64,000 bases of DNA, from contig OZ076421.1 of NCBI GenBank assembly GCA_964187785.1, forward strand, positions 43,338,001-43,402,000, given 5' to 3'. The notes beneath the pieces were generated by a model, which was given only the letters and a program-made list of their open reading frames with translations, was not told the DNA's origin and did no database searches. This DNA comes from Amphiscolops sp. MND2022 (Eukaryota). A program made the translations under genes and the position numbers. Below, piece after piece: positions 37,010 through 49,114 of this stretch (the stretch's first letter is position 1; each line of letters starts with the position of its first letter).

Positions 37010-37210
37010 TGACGTCATTTGATGACATCGTTCGATGACGTCATTTGATGACATGGTTTGATGACGTCATGTGATGACATGGTTTGATGTCATTTGATGA
37101 CATGGTTTGATGTCATTTGATGACATGTTTTGATGACGTCATTTGATGACATGGTTTGATGACGTCATTTGAGGACATGGTTTGTTGAGATGATTTGATG
37201 ACGTCATTTG
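37010..37210. repeat. Minisatellite of ~25-bp units (TGATGACGTCATTTGATGACATGGTT-like)
   Basis: About 8 degenerate units, several containing the palindrome TGACGTCA. Confidence 0.9.
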
Positions 37211-37985
37211 CTTGCTGGTTAAATGAAGTTTTGTTGGAGGTAGCAGAGTGCCATGTCCCCCTTGAGACTCTTGAAGTTGCTTTTAACCACCGCTCTGTCC
37301 ACTTTCTCCCCCTTCTTGTTCTCCAGATACTCGCACACTTTCAGAACATACCTCCTGTAAATAATAAAGGCCCTCATTTCGATAAATTCACCAAAATACA
37401 GAAAACGGAAACGTAAAACGGCATTACGAGACACATCCCGGTAACGAACTAGTAGGATCCTGCTAGTTCGATTTTTGTCCAGTCAGAGCGCGAATTCGGG
37501 ATGCAATAACGACCTATTGGGTGGGTCAGAACCATGCCCTTAAATCCGAAGAATGTTTTAACCGGAAAATTAATATCTTTCTGAAAGGGCGCACTGTATA
37601 AAGTACAGACATTGCAAGCGTTTTCATTATTAGCAATTGAGCAAGCTTTTGGGGCTTTTTCAACTTGGAAAGTTTCGACCCTTTTCAACTGAACGTTGTA
37701 AAAAATTATCCAAAAGCGTCTACTTTGTGAAATAATTTACAAATATTGATATTTCTTCTTGAATGGGGCCAATTGCTGGCTGTTTGTATCGCGTCGCATT
37801 TTCACCGCATACACCTAATTTTTGATGTACAAAACAAACTTTGAAATTTCTACTAGTTGTATTTTTGGACAAAGGTTTCACTTTTTTCTGTTTTGTACCT
37901 GTCAGACCCAAAATTTTATGCGTTTTAGGTATCAGATCAAAAATAAGTGAACTATTTTGACTCACTCGAATGTAGGGACCATAAT

Positions 37986-39003
37986 TGTTAACGATGGACT
38001 ATGCTGATCTGATGAGGAGATAATGTTGAGCAATACTGTATTTTACTAAGACCATGTGGCAATTAGTCAAACTCAAATATCGGACTGATGCATATGTTTT
38101 TGTAAATAATATGCAATAAATATGTAAATATGTATTTACAACTTGCTCAATTTAATGTTCATTTACTTTTTTTTACTTAAGTGTCGAGAGTTAAGGTCAC
38201 TCTCTCACAATGATAGTCAAGGTAGATGTGTCTGTGTTTTCATGTTTTCAATCATGTCAGCTTTACGTGTTCTCGAACCCTTGAAACTTAATGTAACTTC
38301 CATCAGTCGGCGAACGAAAATCACAAAACTTCGATGAAAAATTCGAAATGTGCGATTCAAAATGGCCGATCCAGGGGTACCGAAAATCGTAGAAGAAGTA
38401 AAAAACGCACAAAAAACACCCCCACCCAGCCCGAGAGAGAACACCGCGCAACAGAAGTATCTCCGAAAACGCCGTGTGGTGCCATCTCCCTCGGAAGACG
38501 TCCCAGCTACCAGCTTAACCCGAAGAATGGCCCAAGAGATGAAGAAACTCAGAAGTTTGCATATTTTGGATGTGCCACCTAGCAGGTCAAACACTAGCTG
38601 ACACTGACGCCTGATGTTTCCTCAGTCTGTTGTACCATATTTGTGGTTTTTGCAATTATTTGGTGATGTTTGACCCCTATTTTTGTTATTTTAGACGTTA
38701 TTCATCTAATTAAAATGTACTTTAGCTAAACCCCTGTTTTCGGACCTCGGAGGTATGTAGAGTCGCAGGAATGTTAGGAACCTTAGGATACGTTTTTACA
38801 GGCTTGTGGGACGTGTCCGGACTTTGAGTGCACCGGCACGTCGCCTCGGAGCTGTAACTGAGGAGCCTCCTTTGACGTTTGAAAAAGTCCCTTTTAGGAG
38901 ACTATTTCGGGATTAAGAACTAATGTCTAGGGCTGTAGTAAGACAACAGTCTCCTGTTTAAGCACCCTAGGCGCATGATGTACTCTGCTAGGTGGACGCT
39001 ACA
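37986..39003. mobile_element. Candidate solo LTR (1018 bp)
   Basis: TGT...ACA termini flanked by TAAT on both sides; interior is GC-richer than the flanks. No second copy in the window. Confidence 0.45.
38362..38601 (+). CDS. 79-aa basic, Pro-rich ORF inside the candidate solo LTR
   Basis: AAAATGG start context; MADPGVPKIVEEVKNAQKTPPPSPRE...YLRKRR; no recognisable domain. Confidence 0.3.
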   Translation: MADPGVPKIVEEVKNAQKTPPPSPRENTAQQKYLRKRRVVPSPSEDVPATSLTRRMAQEMKKLRSLHILDVPPSRSNTS

Positions 39004-39137
39004 TAATGTTTTCCAATTTTTCCATTAGCTAATTAGTTTAATGATAATCAAGTAATGAAAATACATATTTTAAAAAATCAAGTTATAACGATCGAACAGT
39101 TTTTCTTATTATTGCGATACTAGAGTTAGTAGAAACT

Positions 39138-40129
39138 CTAGTAGCGCATAGCTTGTTTGAAGACAGAAAATCGTGATGAATTAACCCACAAAATAAGGGT
39201 TTTAAGAAAATATTTAGGTAAATATATGCAAAATTGTAACAATAGGCGTGATAAAAAAAGAAGCAAGGTTTTGCATCCGGTTTCTGCTTGGACAACGATC
39301 GAAAGGTCGAAACGATTGAAACTTGAAAACAACATATTCCTGTCTAACAGTATGTAAAAAAAATACTTCAAAGCAGAGGTGTGACAGCGGCCCCCCAAAA
39401 CCGCTGTTCGCCATTGTCTCAACTTTGGGCTGTCGCTAATCGCTATGACCGCTATTTTGGGTGCCGCTATCGCTAATTAAAAAATCTGATTTTCAAGATA
39501 TTCATTCAAAAATTTCAGAATGGTATTTTACAAATAACAAATTTCGGGAAAAATTTGGGCAAAATCTAGTTCGCCTTGGGTTCTGCACGTTGCCGGGCAC
39601 ACTGAATAACCGTTCGGAAGAAAATGAAAGCCAAGCCACAGCCAATATGATGTGTCAAGTTATTCCCATTAAATTATTACATTAGTTAATTTTGAATTCT
39701 TTTAGCGAATAAAAATGTTCGCTAACTCTTTAATTTGTCTCTAACTATCGCTATCGCTGATTCATGCTGAATTGTCGCTAACGCTACCGCTATCGCTATC
39801 GCTGTCACACCTCTGCTTCAGTGAAATGTACCTTATCAAATAGCGTTTTTTGGAGTTAAGATAATCTACTGTTACACTTTTGTGAGGCACTGTATACATA
39901 AAAGCGTTAAGCAGGGTAGAGGCGACTAACCTGTCAGTATGCTTGCGGAAGGCTCCGCGAATTAACGAGAGGATTACCACGGCACTGGCGCACGCAAGCA
40001 GGGTCAGCATCAAGGCCACCGGGTATCTCCACTCCACTGGTTCTTCTAACACGAAAAGGAGGCGCAAATAGGGTACGAAATTATTGGTTCGAAAGTTACC
40101 GTCAAAACTGTTGGTTTTCAAAGTCAAAC
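39138..40129 (-). pseudogene. Candidate host exon for a membrane protein, interrupted by the MITE
   Basis: TTTTTAG acceptor at about 40130; hydrophobic WRYPVALMLTLLACASAVVILSLIR. Removing the MITE and one TSD fuses ORF 39762-40127 in frame to ORF 39138-39422. Confidence 0.4.
39374..39815. mobile_element. hAT-type MITE (442 bp)
   Basis: Perfect 16-bp TIR CAGAGGTGTGACAGCG / CGCTGTCACACCTCTG; 8-bp flanks CTTCAAAG / CTTCAGTG (6 of 8 match); subterminal GCTATC repeats. Confidence 0.85.
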
Positions 40130-40808
40130 CTAAAAATCAAAACGTTTGAAACTACAATTTTTTATCAAGACTTTTCCGGCCAAGAATTGATTCTTCGTGT
40201 TCACGGAGTAGACTCTGACTGAAATCGAAGACGAAATTGTTTGGACAACTCGCGAAAGAAACTGGGAAAAAATATTTTCAAGAATTCTCCTTCAATTCTA
40301 TTTATGACCAATATTAGACACCCCAATGAAGCCGTATGCAGTTTCAAAGACAGTTAACGAATAATCCCTTCCGCTCAAAAAAGTTTAAAAACATTAGGAA
40401 GCAACGCGAAAGTCTTAAAAAAGAAGGATTTTGAAATGAAAAACAGTCAAGACAAGAAAATCCAAAATTCACGCCCAGATTGGGGCTCAAAACTGCGAAA
40501 ACAGTTTAAAGTCGGTTAAACGACTGCTTTTTATCAAAATCACGACATCTCTCAGTTCTGAAAAAACACTCACCAGGAGACGTTTTGTGTTCCAACAATG
40601 ACTGTCTCTATCTGAGAGCATGAGCATCAAAGAACCAAAGGGTACTCTCTGAAGATAAAAACCACTTTTCAAAATAAAGTCGAATTGACGGAAAATTTAA
40701 GTCTTTATGCACGAAATGAAGACTTTTGTCACATCTGGGACCGCTTTAGACCCTATGCTTAACTTACGTTAAAAATAGACCACGTGAAGTGAGCTCTATG
40801 GCCTGAAG

Positions 40809-41390
40809 AACAAGCGGGACCGGCCCAAGTCGGCGACATCTCTAAAGCTCAAAAATAGCAAAAGGACTTCAAAGTGACTAAGTATTCTCTTCTACAGTAC
40901 CTCAAAAACCAAAAAAAGTTGGACCGAATTGCGCGCCGGAGGGACGCTTTGAGATTTTCGATCCTTTCTGTCACAAATCATCAAACAAATTGAAGGTAGG
41001 ACCCTCCGGTGGAAAAAAATTTGAAAAAAAGTCTCACAATGCCAAAAAACTGAAAAGGGGACCGTTTGGGCTTTGGGACTTTTCAACATCCATTCTTACG
41101 CAAAACATCAAAAAATTGAAGGGTAGACCCTTTAGGGAATTTTGTTTTCAGAAAGAAAGTCTTAAATGCCGAAAAAAACTGAAAAGAGGGACCCTTTAGT
41201 CTCTCTCCGTATTGTATGTTACGCGGAAAAAAAAAGGAAAAACCTTTTTGGCTCAGTTCGCTAGGCCAAATGATTCAATTTGGGACCATGCAATTTTGTA
41301 TACTTTTTAGGAACTATTTTGGTCAGTTCGTGTGGATTGGAAAAAAAGAGTCACTTTAATAGTCGCGTTTCACTTCATGAAGGGCCGACT
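40809..41390 (-). mobile_element. Helentron-associated non-autonomous (HINE-like) repeat, copy 1
   Basis: One end AACAAG..GGGAC..AAGTCGGCG..CTAAAGCTCAAAAA, other end GGGCCGACT followed by an A-run, with inner AGTCG inverted repeat. Same ends as the other copies. Confidence 0.6.
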
Positions 41391-41402
41391 AAAAAAGGGA
41401 GG

Positions 41403-41535
41403 CGGAAATTTCGTCGCCAGAAATTTCAACGTCAGAAATTTTGTCGTAGGAAGTTTCGTCGTAGGAAATTTTGTCGTAGTAGCAAATCCAGAAACTTTGT
41501 CGTCAGAAACATCGTCGTCGGAAAATTCGTCGTAT
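41403..41535. repeat. 15-bp minisatellite (GGAAATTTCGTCGTA-like), about 8 units
   Basis: Directly visible tandem degenerate repeats. Confidence 0.85.
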
Positions 41536-43402
41536 TGATTAAAATTAACAGCGTTCACGAAAAGACATCATTTGAATTTTCAATTAAATAATTATTTAGA
41601 TGAGATCTTAGGAACAAGTTTCATTTTGACATCACAATTCAGTCAAACAATAAATAATAGCATTCCATCAACTCATCAAAACGCCTATTGAGCCATGGTA
41701 TATTTTCAGTCCTGAATTATTTTACGTTCAATTGTCGAAACAACTTCGTGTTGGCAGAGGGGTAAGAAACAGGGTGTCTCTGGGGTAACAGGGACAAAGG
41801 AAATGGTCCGAAACTTTTTCTCTTTAAACCATAACTAAAAGTAGGCAATGGTAGCAATAATTGCACAACTAACAATTTTATTTTTTATTATTATCAAGAC
41901 TCGTTAATTATTATGACTCAATAAGTTTGAATCCTTTCAAACTTACTACACCAGGTTGCCTGCGGTGTATTAGCAGCTTTTGATGACAAGGTTACATTAC
42001 TTTCGAACGAAGGTCTTTAATTGCGCACCCTGTAGTGAGTTGGAGTTGGAGAAGAGTTCGGGGGGTTTGGTGCTCGAAGAGGCAAAGGAATGCGAAGTAA
42101 GCGGGCATCCAGAATTCGAAAAACAAGGGTTCCCGATGTTTTCCATTCTAAAATTTTCTTGCAATTTCAAAGAATTTCAGCTGAAAAAAAAAGAGGTTTG
42201 AGTAGGTTAGATATCGAATTATGAGCTCAGAAAAGTTGGTAAACAAAATTTGACACACATATAATTGTCCTTGCCGTATAAGGAATATGGGTGGAAAGTA
42301 ATGAATTGGTTTGGAATCGATTCATGAAAATTTCCTCTTGTTTTGCATTGTTAGGTTTGTGGTACAATACTAGATTCTTGTATTTTTTCACCTAGAATAA
42401 CCTTTATAAATTAATGAAAGCATTTTGCTTTAATTTGGTAAATTCTCCTGAAAATGTTTTTATTTCCTGCGCAAAAAATCGTTTTACGGCAGAAAGATTG
42501 ACACTAAAACAAAACTCACCATTCAGTGTGGGTAAAAAAACGAAAATTTAATGGACCTGGTAAAAACAGGAAAATTTTTTCGATAAATTTTTCACGCACT
42601 AATGCAGCGATAGCAACTCGTACTGTTATCATTCACGTAGCAAAAATTAGGACTACAGGAAATATGAAATAAAAGAAGAGAATGTTTTTGAAAGAAGCAT
42701 TTCCGTTTTGAGATAATGAAGCGAACGTCGAGTAGTGGTGTGAATTAGAGTAATGAAGTGTCGTAAGTAAGATGGAGGGAGGGGTAGGTTTCAAGGTGCC
42801 AATGTGGAAAAACGGAAGACTTCAATCATCGAAGTAACGGGTATAAATCATCGGAGATGAGCTTAAATAGCAGGAAATATAAGCGTGGCAAACTGCTTCC
42901 CGCTTCAATGCTGCAGTTTACACATGACAGTTTAGACCAACAAAATGCGATGTTCCATTTCGAATCTCTGTTTTAATTGGCATATAAGCCTATGCAAAAG
43001 ACTAAAATAGCCCCCTCGCAAATTTGATTTGAAAAAATAGAGATGAAAGGAATTTTGTCTCTTTTTCAACTTGGAATTAATTAAACCGTCAATTATTGAA
43101 TTATGAAAGCATTGACTTTTTGTGGGGGTTATTGAGGTTCTATTTTATCTTGGATACAGAAAAAATTTTTACAAATTACTTTTAATCCGCTTAGCTTCTA
43201 ATCAGCCTAGCGAAATTAACAAATTTGAACTAAAATGATTCAATAGCAAACTATTTTAATGTAAGTTAGTTTGTCAACATCTGTATAAATTGAACCATTT
43301 AAAGTGGTATATTTAAAGTTAACTGGTATAGTCTTGTCAGTTTTTCTAGGTGACATGAACCGAATGATTCAGACACGGTATGACAATATCAGCATAGACG
43401 TA

Positions 43403-44549
43403 TGTCGTGAGAGTCCTCCTCCTCCTCCTCCTCCTCCTCCTCCTCCTCCTCCTCCTCCTCCTCCTCCTCCTTTTCCTCCTCCTCTTCCTCATCTCTAATC
43501 AAGCTTCGGGGAAACTCATTTCTAGAGCTACTCCTGGACTTGCGGTTGAAGGCTTCTTCAGATCTATATTCCGGTCTCAGCCGGGACGTTCCATGCTTTA
43601 CGAGGTACTTGTCCTTATCCGGACCTAAGAGCAACATGAATCTGAGGTGAAACTTGCTCATTATTAGCTTCACTTATGCCCGCTGGATTTGTGAGCTCAA
43701 GCTACGCAGTAGATCATTCATTTCTTGAGTGTTCTTTTAGTTCAAATACCCTGACAGTCTATTGATTTAGCTATTAGAATCAGCTTCTCTCGAATTTGTG
43801 ATTGGTCAGCCATAAGCCAACAAGTCACGACGCCGAGAAAGGACATTTAAGCACTCGAGCACGTTTCCTTTGCATCGCACAGTAACTGATTTACACTTTG
43901 CATTTCAACTTTAAACAGTTAACAACAGTTTGAACAACAGTTAATAGACTAATACAAAACAAGTGTGTCAAAATATCTGAACAAACTAAGAACTAGCTTT
44001 ATGAAAATGAAAATGTTTTAAGTTTTAATATTAGAAGGTATGATGCGTCCCCGACGCAACGTCTTGTCCGTTTGCGGTTGTCGTGATCGATGTGCCGTAA
44101 CATGCGGCTGCCAGCGACACACAGCTTTTAGTCGTAACCGGCAAATAACTAAACTGCACTATGAAAATGGATGCTATGATTGGTTAATGAGGGGCTGGTA
44201 AGTATCATAAGCTCATTTGAAATCATTTCCGTACTTTCACGCAGTGTTATGCCATTGCTCAGCATCACAACTTTACAGCTATCGTTGCAATTAATTAATA
44301 AGTTACTCCAACTAACACATCCAACTCTTGATCTGAATATTTCAGATCGTAATATTCAACTGATTAATACCAAATACAAATTCAATGTTATCATCAAATG
44401 CAACAATCCAAATCAATTTAAAACAAGCTAGATAGTATTAACAAGATGAACGTTTTTGTTTTAAGAGATCGGGAGAGTTCCCGGGGCGATCTCTTGCTCG
44501 TATGCGGACGTTGTATACTTGATCCCGTCACAGGCGGCAGCCTGCGACA
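43403..44549 (-). mobile_element. Solo LTR (1147 bp) related to element 1 at its terminus
   Basis: TGTCG...CGACA termini and perfect 5-bp TSD ACGTA (43398-43402, 44550-44554). First 25 nt identical to 14455-14479. Confidence 0.9.
43414..43490. repeat. (CCT)n / (GAG)n trinucleotide repeat, poly-Glu on the minus strand
   Basis: About 25 units near the 3' end of the solo LTR, inside ORF 43389-43673. Confidence 0.95.
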
Positions 44550-46849
44550 ACGTATTCAAAAACTTCCAGATTTAGAGGTTACAAAAATTGATTTCACCAT
44601 ACATGGCGGACTTAATACCGCAATGCCATGTTCAAGTGAAACGACGAGCAGTCAGACCTTTGTGAACACGACAGGTGACTTCAAAATCACAGCTTTAAAT
44701 CGACCATAGTTTCCAAAAGGTACGCTGTTCGAAAACCAAAATCACCAATGCCGCTAGTTTAGGGTAATTTATTTTTTATCTTTTCTCAACTTCCAATTGA
44801 TTTTTGCACCTGTTTTGCAATTTTTAGGTTTCTAAAGGTACGATAATTCACGAAATCAAGCAACGACATAATCGTTACTTTGTTTCTTCTTCAGCAGAGC
44901 ATTATGTTTTCCATTATTATGAACCAGAAAGTTTTAGAAATCTGTTTCTTCGACCGTTTACTCTAAAGTTTGTACAGTCATTGGACGTTTTATTGGTATG
45001 AGAATCCAAATAGTTCCACAAAAAAAAACAATTAACTACCAATCATACTTCTGTTCACTTGAAATGATACTATTGACAAGTTATGTTTTTCCTTTTCAAA
45101 AAGTTTAAGATGAACATTTTTCGTTTTTCAAACTTTCAAACTTCTGTGCAACGGGCTTCGTGTTGAACAAAAAAACAAGCCGGGAACGTCATGAGCCGGC
45201 GGCCCCGCCTAAGGCTCAACATGCTCAATATACTTCGAAGTTTAAGGGAATTCTTTTTGGAAACTTCTCTCACGGTGATAGAATCAGTCTCACAGGAGTC
45301 GTTTTGCGTTCAAAAAATTTCATTATAACTGTACCGGCCGTATGTACTGCAATATGAGACTCCTTCATGTTTAAGATGCTTCTTACAGGACGCTTGAGAA
45401 TTCAATTAACGTCGCGAAAATGAAGACATGGATGAAACAGCATCATTCGATATATAATGAATCATGATGATTTTTGCAACCTAATACCAAATGTGAAAAA
45501 ATGATGCAATTTCAATTGCAGATAGCTTGAAGTGAATTGAATAGAGGTTTCTCAGTTGGTCCAAATTTCATGGTTTTTGTTTTTTACTGAGAAACCATCG
45601 TTGATAGCTAGCATGAGGACCAATTTGGATCTGACCTCGTCTTCAACATTAGCAGTTTCCAAGCTGCGTTTTTACTTTCTGAAACTTTCATTCAAGACCA
45701 TTTTTTTGCATCTTTCAGGGTTTAGCAACATTCACAACAACTTAAAATGATGGCTTGAATCTTCAATCAACTCAAGTTTCGCCAACTCAAAATCGGCCAT
45801 CTGTTTACTTCTAAGAAGCCTCCTGGACAACGAAATCTTTTCATGTTGCACGTTTTTAACATTCTAAGCCACCAAGACTGTAAAAATTTGACAAAAATTA
45901 CTGAAAAAAAGTTTGAAAATTTAAAATTTTTGCAATAATTCCCATTTTTGGGACCGTTTTTGGATCGTTCTGGGGTCGTTGGGGTCAACCAAAAAACTTC
46001 AAAAATCTCTACAAACACGTTTCGCACGGAGCCAAATTTATGTGAGTTGAATTCTTTAGGTGACACCCTTTGATTTGAATATAAATATGGTGCTTGGCAA
46101 ATTTCGTTAAAAAAACCGTTTGATTCAAATATTTTGCTTTCCCATATGGAATATGGGCGGAAAATAATTATCGAATAGATCCTATTTTGACAATTTCAGT
46201 GAATGTCTGCGAAACTTTTCGTGAATTAGATGGTCATAAAGCTCAAAATAATTCATAAAGCTTTGCAGTACGCCTTTGAAGGGAAACTCTGTAGTTGTTT
46301 CAGGTAGTAGTTGTTTCCGACTCAATGATTCTGAAATTGTAATTGTAGCACCATGGAAAGTTACTTTTGAATCAAGATCTAATCTTTTTTGGAGTCCGTG
46401 TTAGTGGTTGCCAAATACAACTCTAGGAATTCGGTTTTGAGAGTTACATACTGAGTACGTTTGAAATAATGAACCACTGGAATGTTGGGATCTTATACAT
46501 ACACATGAAGTGAAAAATATCATCCGAAAAAAAGTCCTTCAGAAAAAAGTGAAAAATAGCCCTTGGAAAAAGTGTAAAATATCTTCCGGAAAATGGCTAC
46601 TTGTCATCAAAATAGTATATGCTATACGTGACATATTTCCAACAGCGACACAATTGTCATTACTCAATGCCTTAATTTGCAGTCACCTACATTAATCTGG
46701 TACCTTATTAACTGGTATCAGTGAAACCTTGATTACTACGCTCGAAGAACAGATGAATTGGGCAATAAAAGCCTGTTTCAAAAGATCTAATTTTGACCAT
46801 TCAATAGATCTCAAAATTCGACATAACATCCTTCCCGTTCGATATTTTG

Positions 46850-48069
46850 AGTCGGCGCCTTTTCCCTTAAGGAAAAACGCCCGACTATTACAGTGGGTAG
46901 TTTTTTTAGTCGGCGCCTTTTCCCTTAAGGAAAAAAGTCCGACTCTTATAGTGAGTAGTTTTTTTTTAGCTTTTTTAAAGTTGACTATCTCACTCTGAGT
47001 GGTCCACTTTTCTTACAATCTTTGTTCATTTGTTCACATTTGTTCAACTAATTTTCTGAGAAGCAGGAGATCGTGGGTTCGATTCTCGCACTAAACCACA
47101 AATTTTTTTATGCTTCCAAAAGTAGATGCGAGACCAAAGCTTTTTTTCGTTTCGTTTTTTTGTTTGGTTTTTTTTCGGCACTATGCGACTTTTTTTTCGA
47201 AAATTTTCGGACTCTATCAAAGGGTACCCCCTGGCATTTTTTTTGAAGTTTTAGGTTTGTAAAAACGTTTAATGAGCCTGAATGGCTTCTTTTTGAGTTT
47301 TTCGGCATTGTGCGACTCAAAAAGAAAACAAGACGGGATCGTCTCAAGTCGGCGCCATATCTAAGGCTCAAAAACATTCAAGGAACAACTATTGGAAACA
47401 TTTGCAAAAAATTAATTTTTTTCAAAAAAATTATTTTTGTTTACCAGAGTACTTGTTTCGAAAAAAGTTTTCAAAAATTATTTTTTTGAAAAAAAATTTT
47501 TTTGCGAATGTTTCCAATAGTTGTTCCTTGAATATTTTTGAGCCTTAGATATGGCGCCGACTTGAGACAATCCAGACTTGTTTTCTTTTTCAGTTGACAA
47601 TCTCACTCTGAATGGTCCACTTTTCTTACAATTTTTGTTCATTTGTTCACATTTGTTCAACTAATTTTCTGAGAAGCAGGAGATCGTGGGTTCGATTCTC
47701 GCACTAAACCACACATTTTTTTGTGTTTCCAAAGGTAGATGCGAGACCAAAGCTTTTTTCGTTTCGTTTTTTTGTTTGGTTTTTTTTCGGCACTATGCGA
47801 TTTTTTTCCGAAAATTTTTGGATTCTATCAAAGGGTACCCCCTGGCATTTTTTTGCAGTTTTAGGTTTGTAAAAACGTTTTATGAGCCTGAATTGCCTCT
47901 TTTTGAGTTTTTCGACATTGTGCGACTTGAAAAAATACTTTTTTCGAAAAAAATTTCAAGAACAATATTTTTAAAAAAAATAATTTTTTGCAAATGTTTC
48001 CAATAGTAATACCCTTGAATATTTTTGAGCCTAAGATATAGCGCCGACTTGAGACGATCCCGTCTTGTT
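46850..48069 (+). mobile_element. Composite HINE-like repeat: duplicated 5' hairpins, two ~330-bp internal copies and a foldback insert
   Basis: AGTCGG...CCGACT hairpins at 46850 and 46908; direct repeats about 46985-47320 and 47595-47930; 3' end CCGACT-T-GAGACG ATCC CGTCTT-GTT. Confidence 0.65.
47327..47582. repeat. 256-bp foldback made of two head-to-head HINE ends
   Basis: About 100-bp inverted arms AACAAGACGGGATC...TTGGAAACATTTGC / GCGAATGTTTCCAA...GACTTGTT. Confidence 0.85.
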
Positions 48070-48528
48070 CAGATTACAAATGTCTTTTGTACCTTTGAAA
48101 TCATAAAAATATCCTAATTCCAACCTTTTAAAAGAAAACTACACTTGCCGATTGCTAACACAAAGATACATAAAAGAACTCAAATTGAATACTCAGATAT
48201 GACAGTAAGATCTAACTTTCTACGCGAATGTTTTTTCAAAAGAACAATACTTGTGGAACACCCTACCAAGAAAACTGATTGGGAAAAAATTCATACGAAA
48301 CAGTGAATAAATGAATCAAATCTTTTCTTTCCAAAGATACGAAAAAGAATAAGATCGACCACAATATGGAATAAAGTGTTAGAGTGTTTACCGTTTTACA
48401 TATTTCGTCCCCATAATCACCCCCTTCACCCTTCAGTTACGTTTGTTATCACTTATGTTGTATAGACTGCCTCTTGAAATAGAAATGCATTTTGTATACT
48501 ATCATAAGTAGGAAATACGGTGTTTTTT

Positions 48529-49114
48529 AGTCGGCGCATTTTATCAAAATGAGCCCGACTATTACAGTGGCAAGTTTTTTTTTCTTTTTTTTTCGTCAGA
48601 CCACAGAATGTATGCGTAGTGGACACTTTTTACAGAACTACTAAAAGTACTGAACCGGCAAGCGGAATCACATCTGAGTTACTGCAAAGGGTCCCCCCTT
48701 CCGTGTACTCAATTTTTAACGTAAGATACCAAACCGGACGGGACTACAGCGTCAACCCTTTGAATTTTTTTCGGCACTGTGCGACTTTTTTTCGAATTTT
48801 TTTTATTGCCAAACGGCCCCCCCCTTCAAGTTTTTTGATATTTTGCAGCAAACCGAAGTTTCAAAAAGCCCAAAGGGTCCCCCCTCTCTAGTTTTCAGCA
48901 CTCTGAGACTGTTTCAAAATTCTCATTTTTCGTTTTTTCGAAAAGTTTTTTCAAAAAAATTTCCGATCTTTTTTGTCTCTTTCAATTTTTTTGATATTTT
49001 GCAACAGACTGGATTTTCAAAAAGCTGAAAGGGTCCCCCCTTTTACAAGTTTGAAAACTTAGCGCTTTTTTGAGCCTTAGATATAGCGCCGACTTTAGAC
49101 GTTCCCGTCTTGTT
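48529..49114 (+). mobile_element. HINE-like repeat, copy 3
   Basis: TTTTT-AGTCGG...CCCGACT start; end CCGACT-TT-AGACG TTCC CGTCT-TGTT. Confidence 0.65.

Noticed and set aside
37010-37210. Regular repeats here, at 41403-41535 and at 26243-26491 considered as CRISPR-like arrays
   Set aside because: Eukaryotic TE context, degenerate tandem units or short motifs without constant-length unique spacers, and no cas genes.
42035-42095. Possible 60-nt plus-strand exon (TGTAG...GTAAGC)
   Set aside because: Splice-like ends only; no recognisable peptide or neighbouring exons.
43304-43628. Poly-Pro and poly-Leu ORFs on the plus strand
   Set aside because: Alternative frames of the (CCT)n repeat.
47056-47091. 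tRNA gene
   Set aside because: Only a T-arm/B-box is present; no acceptor stem or D-arm can be formed.
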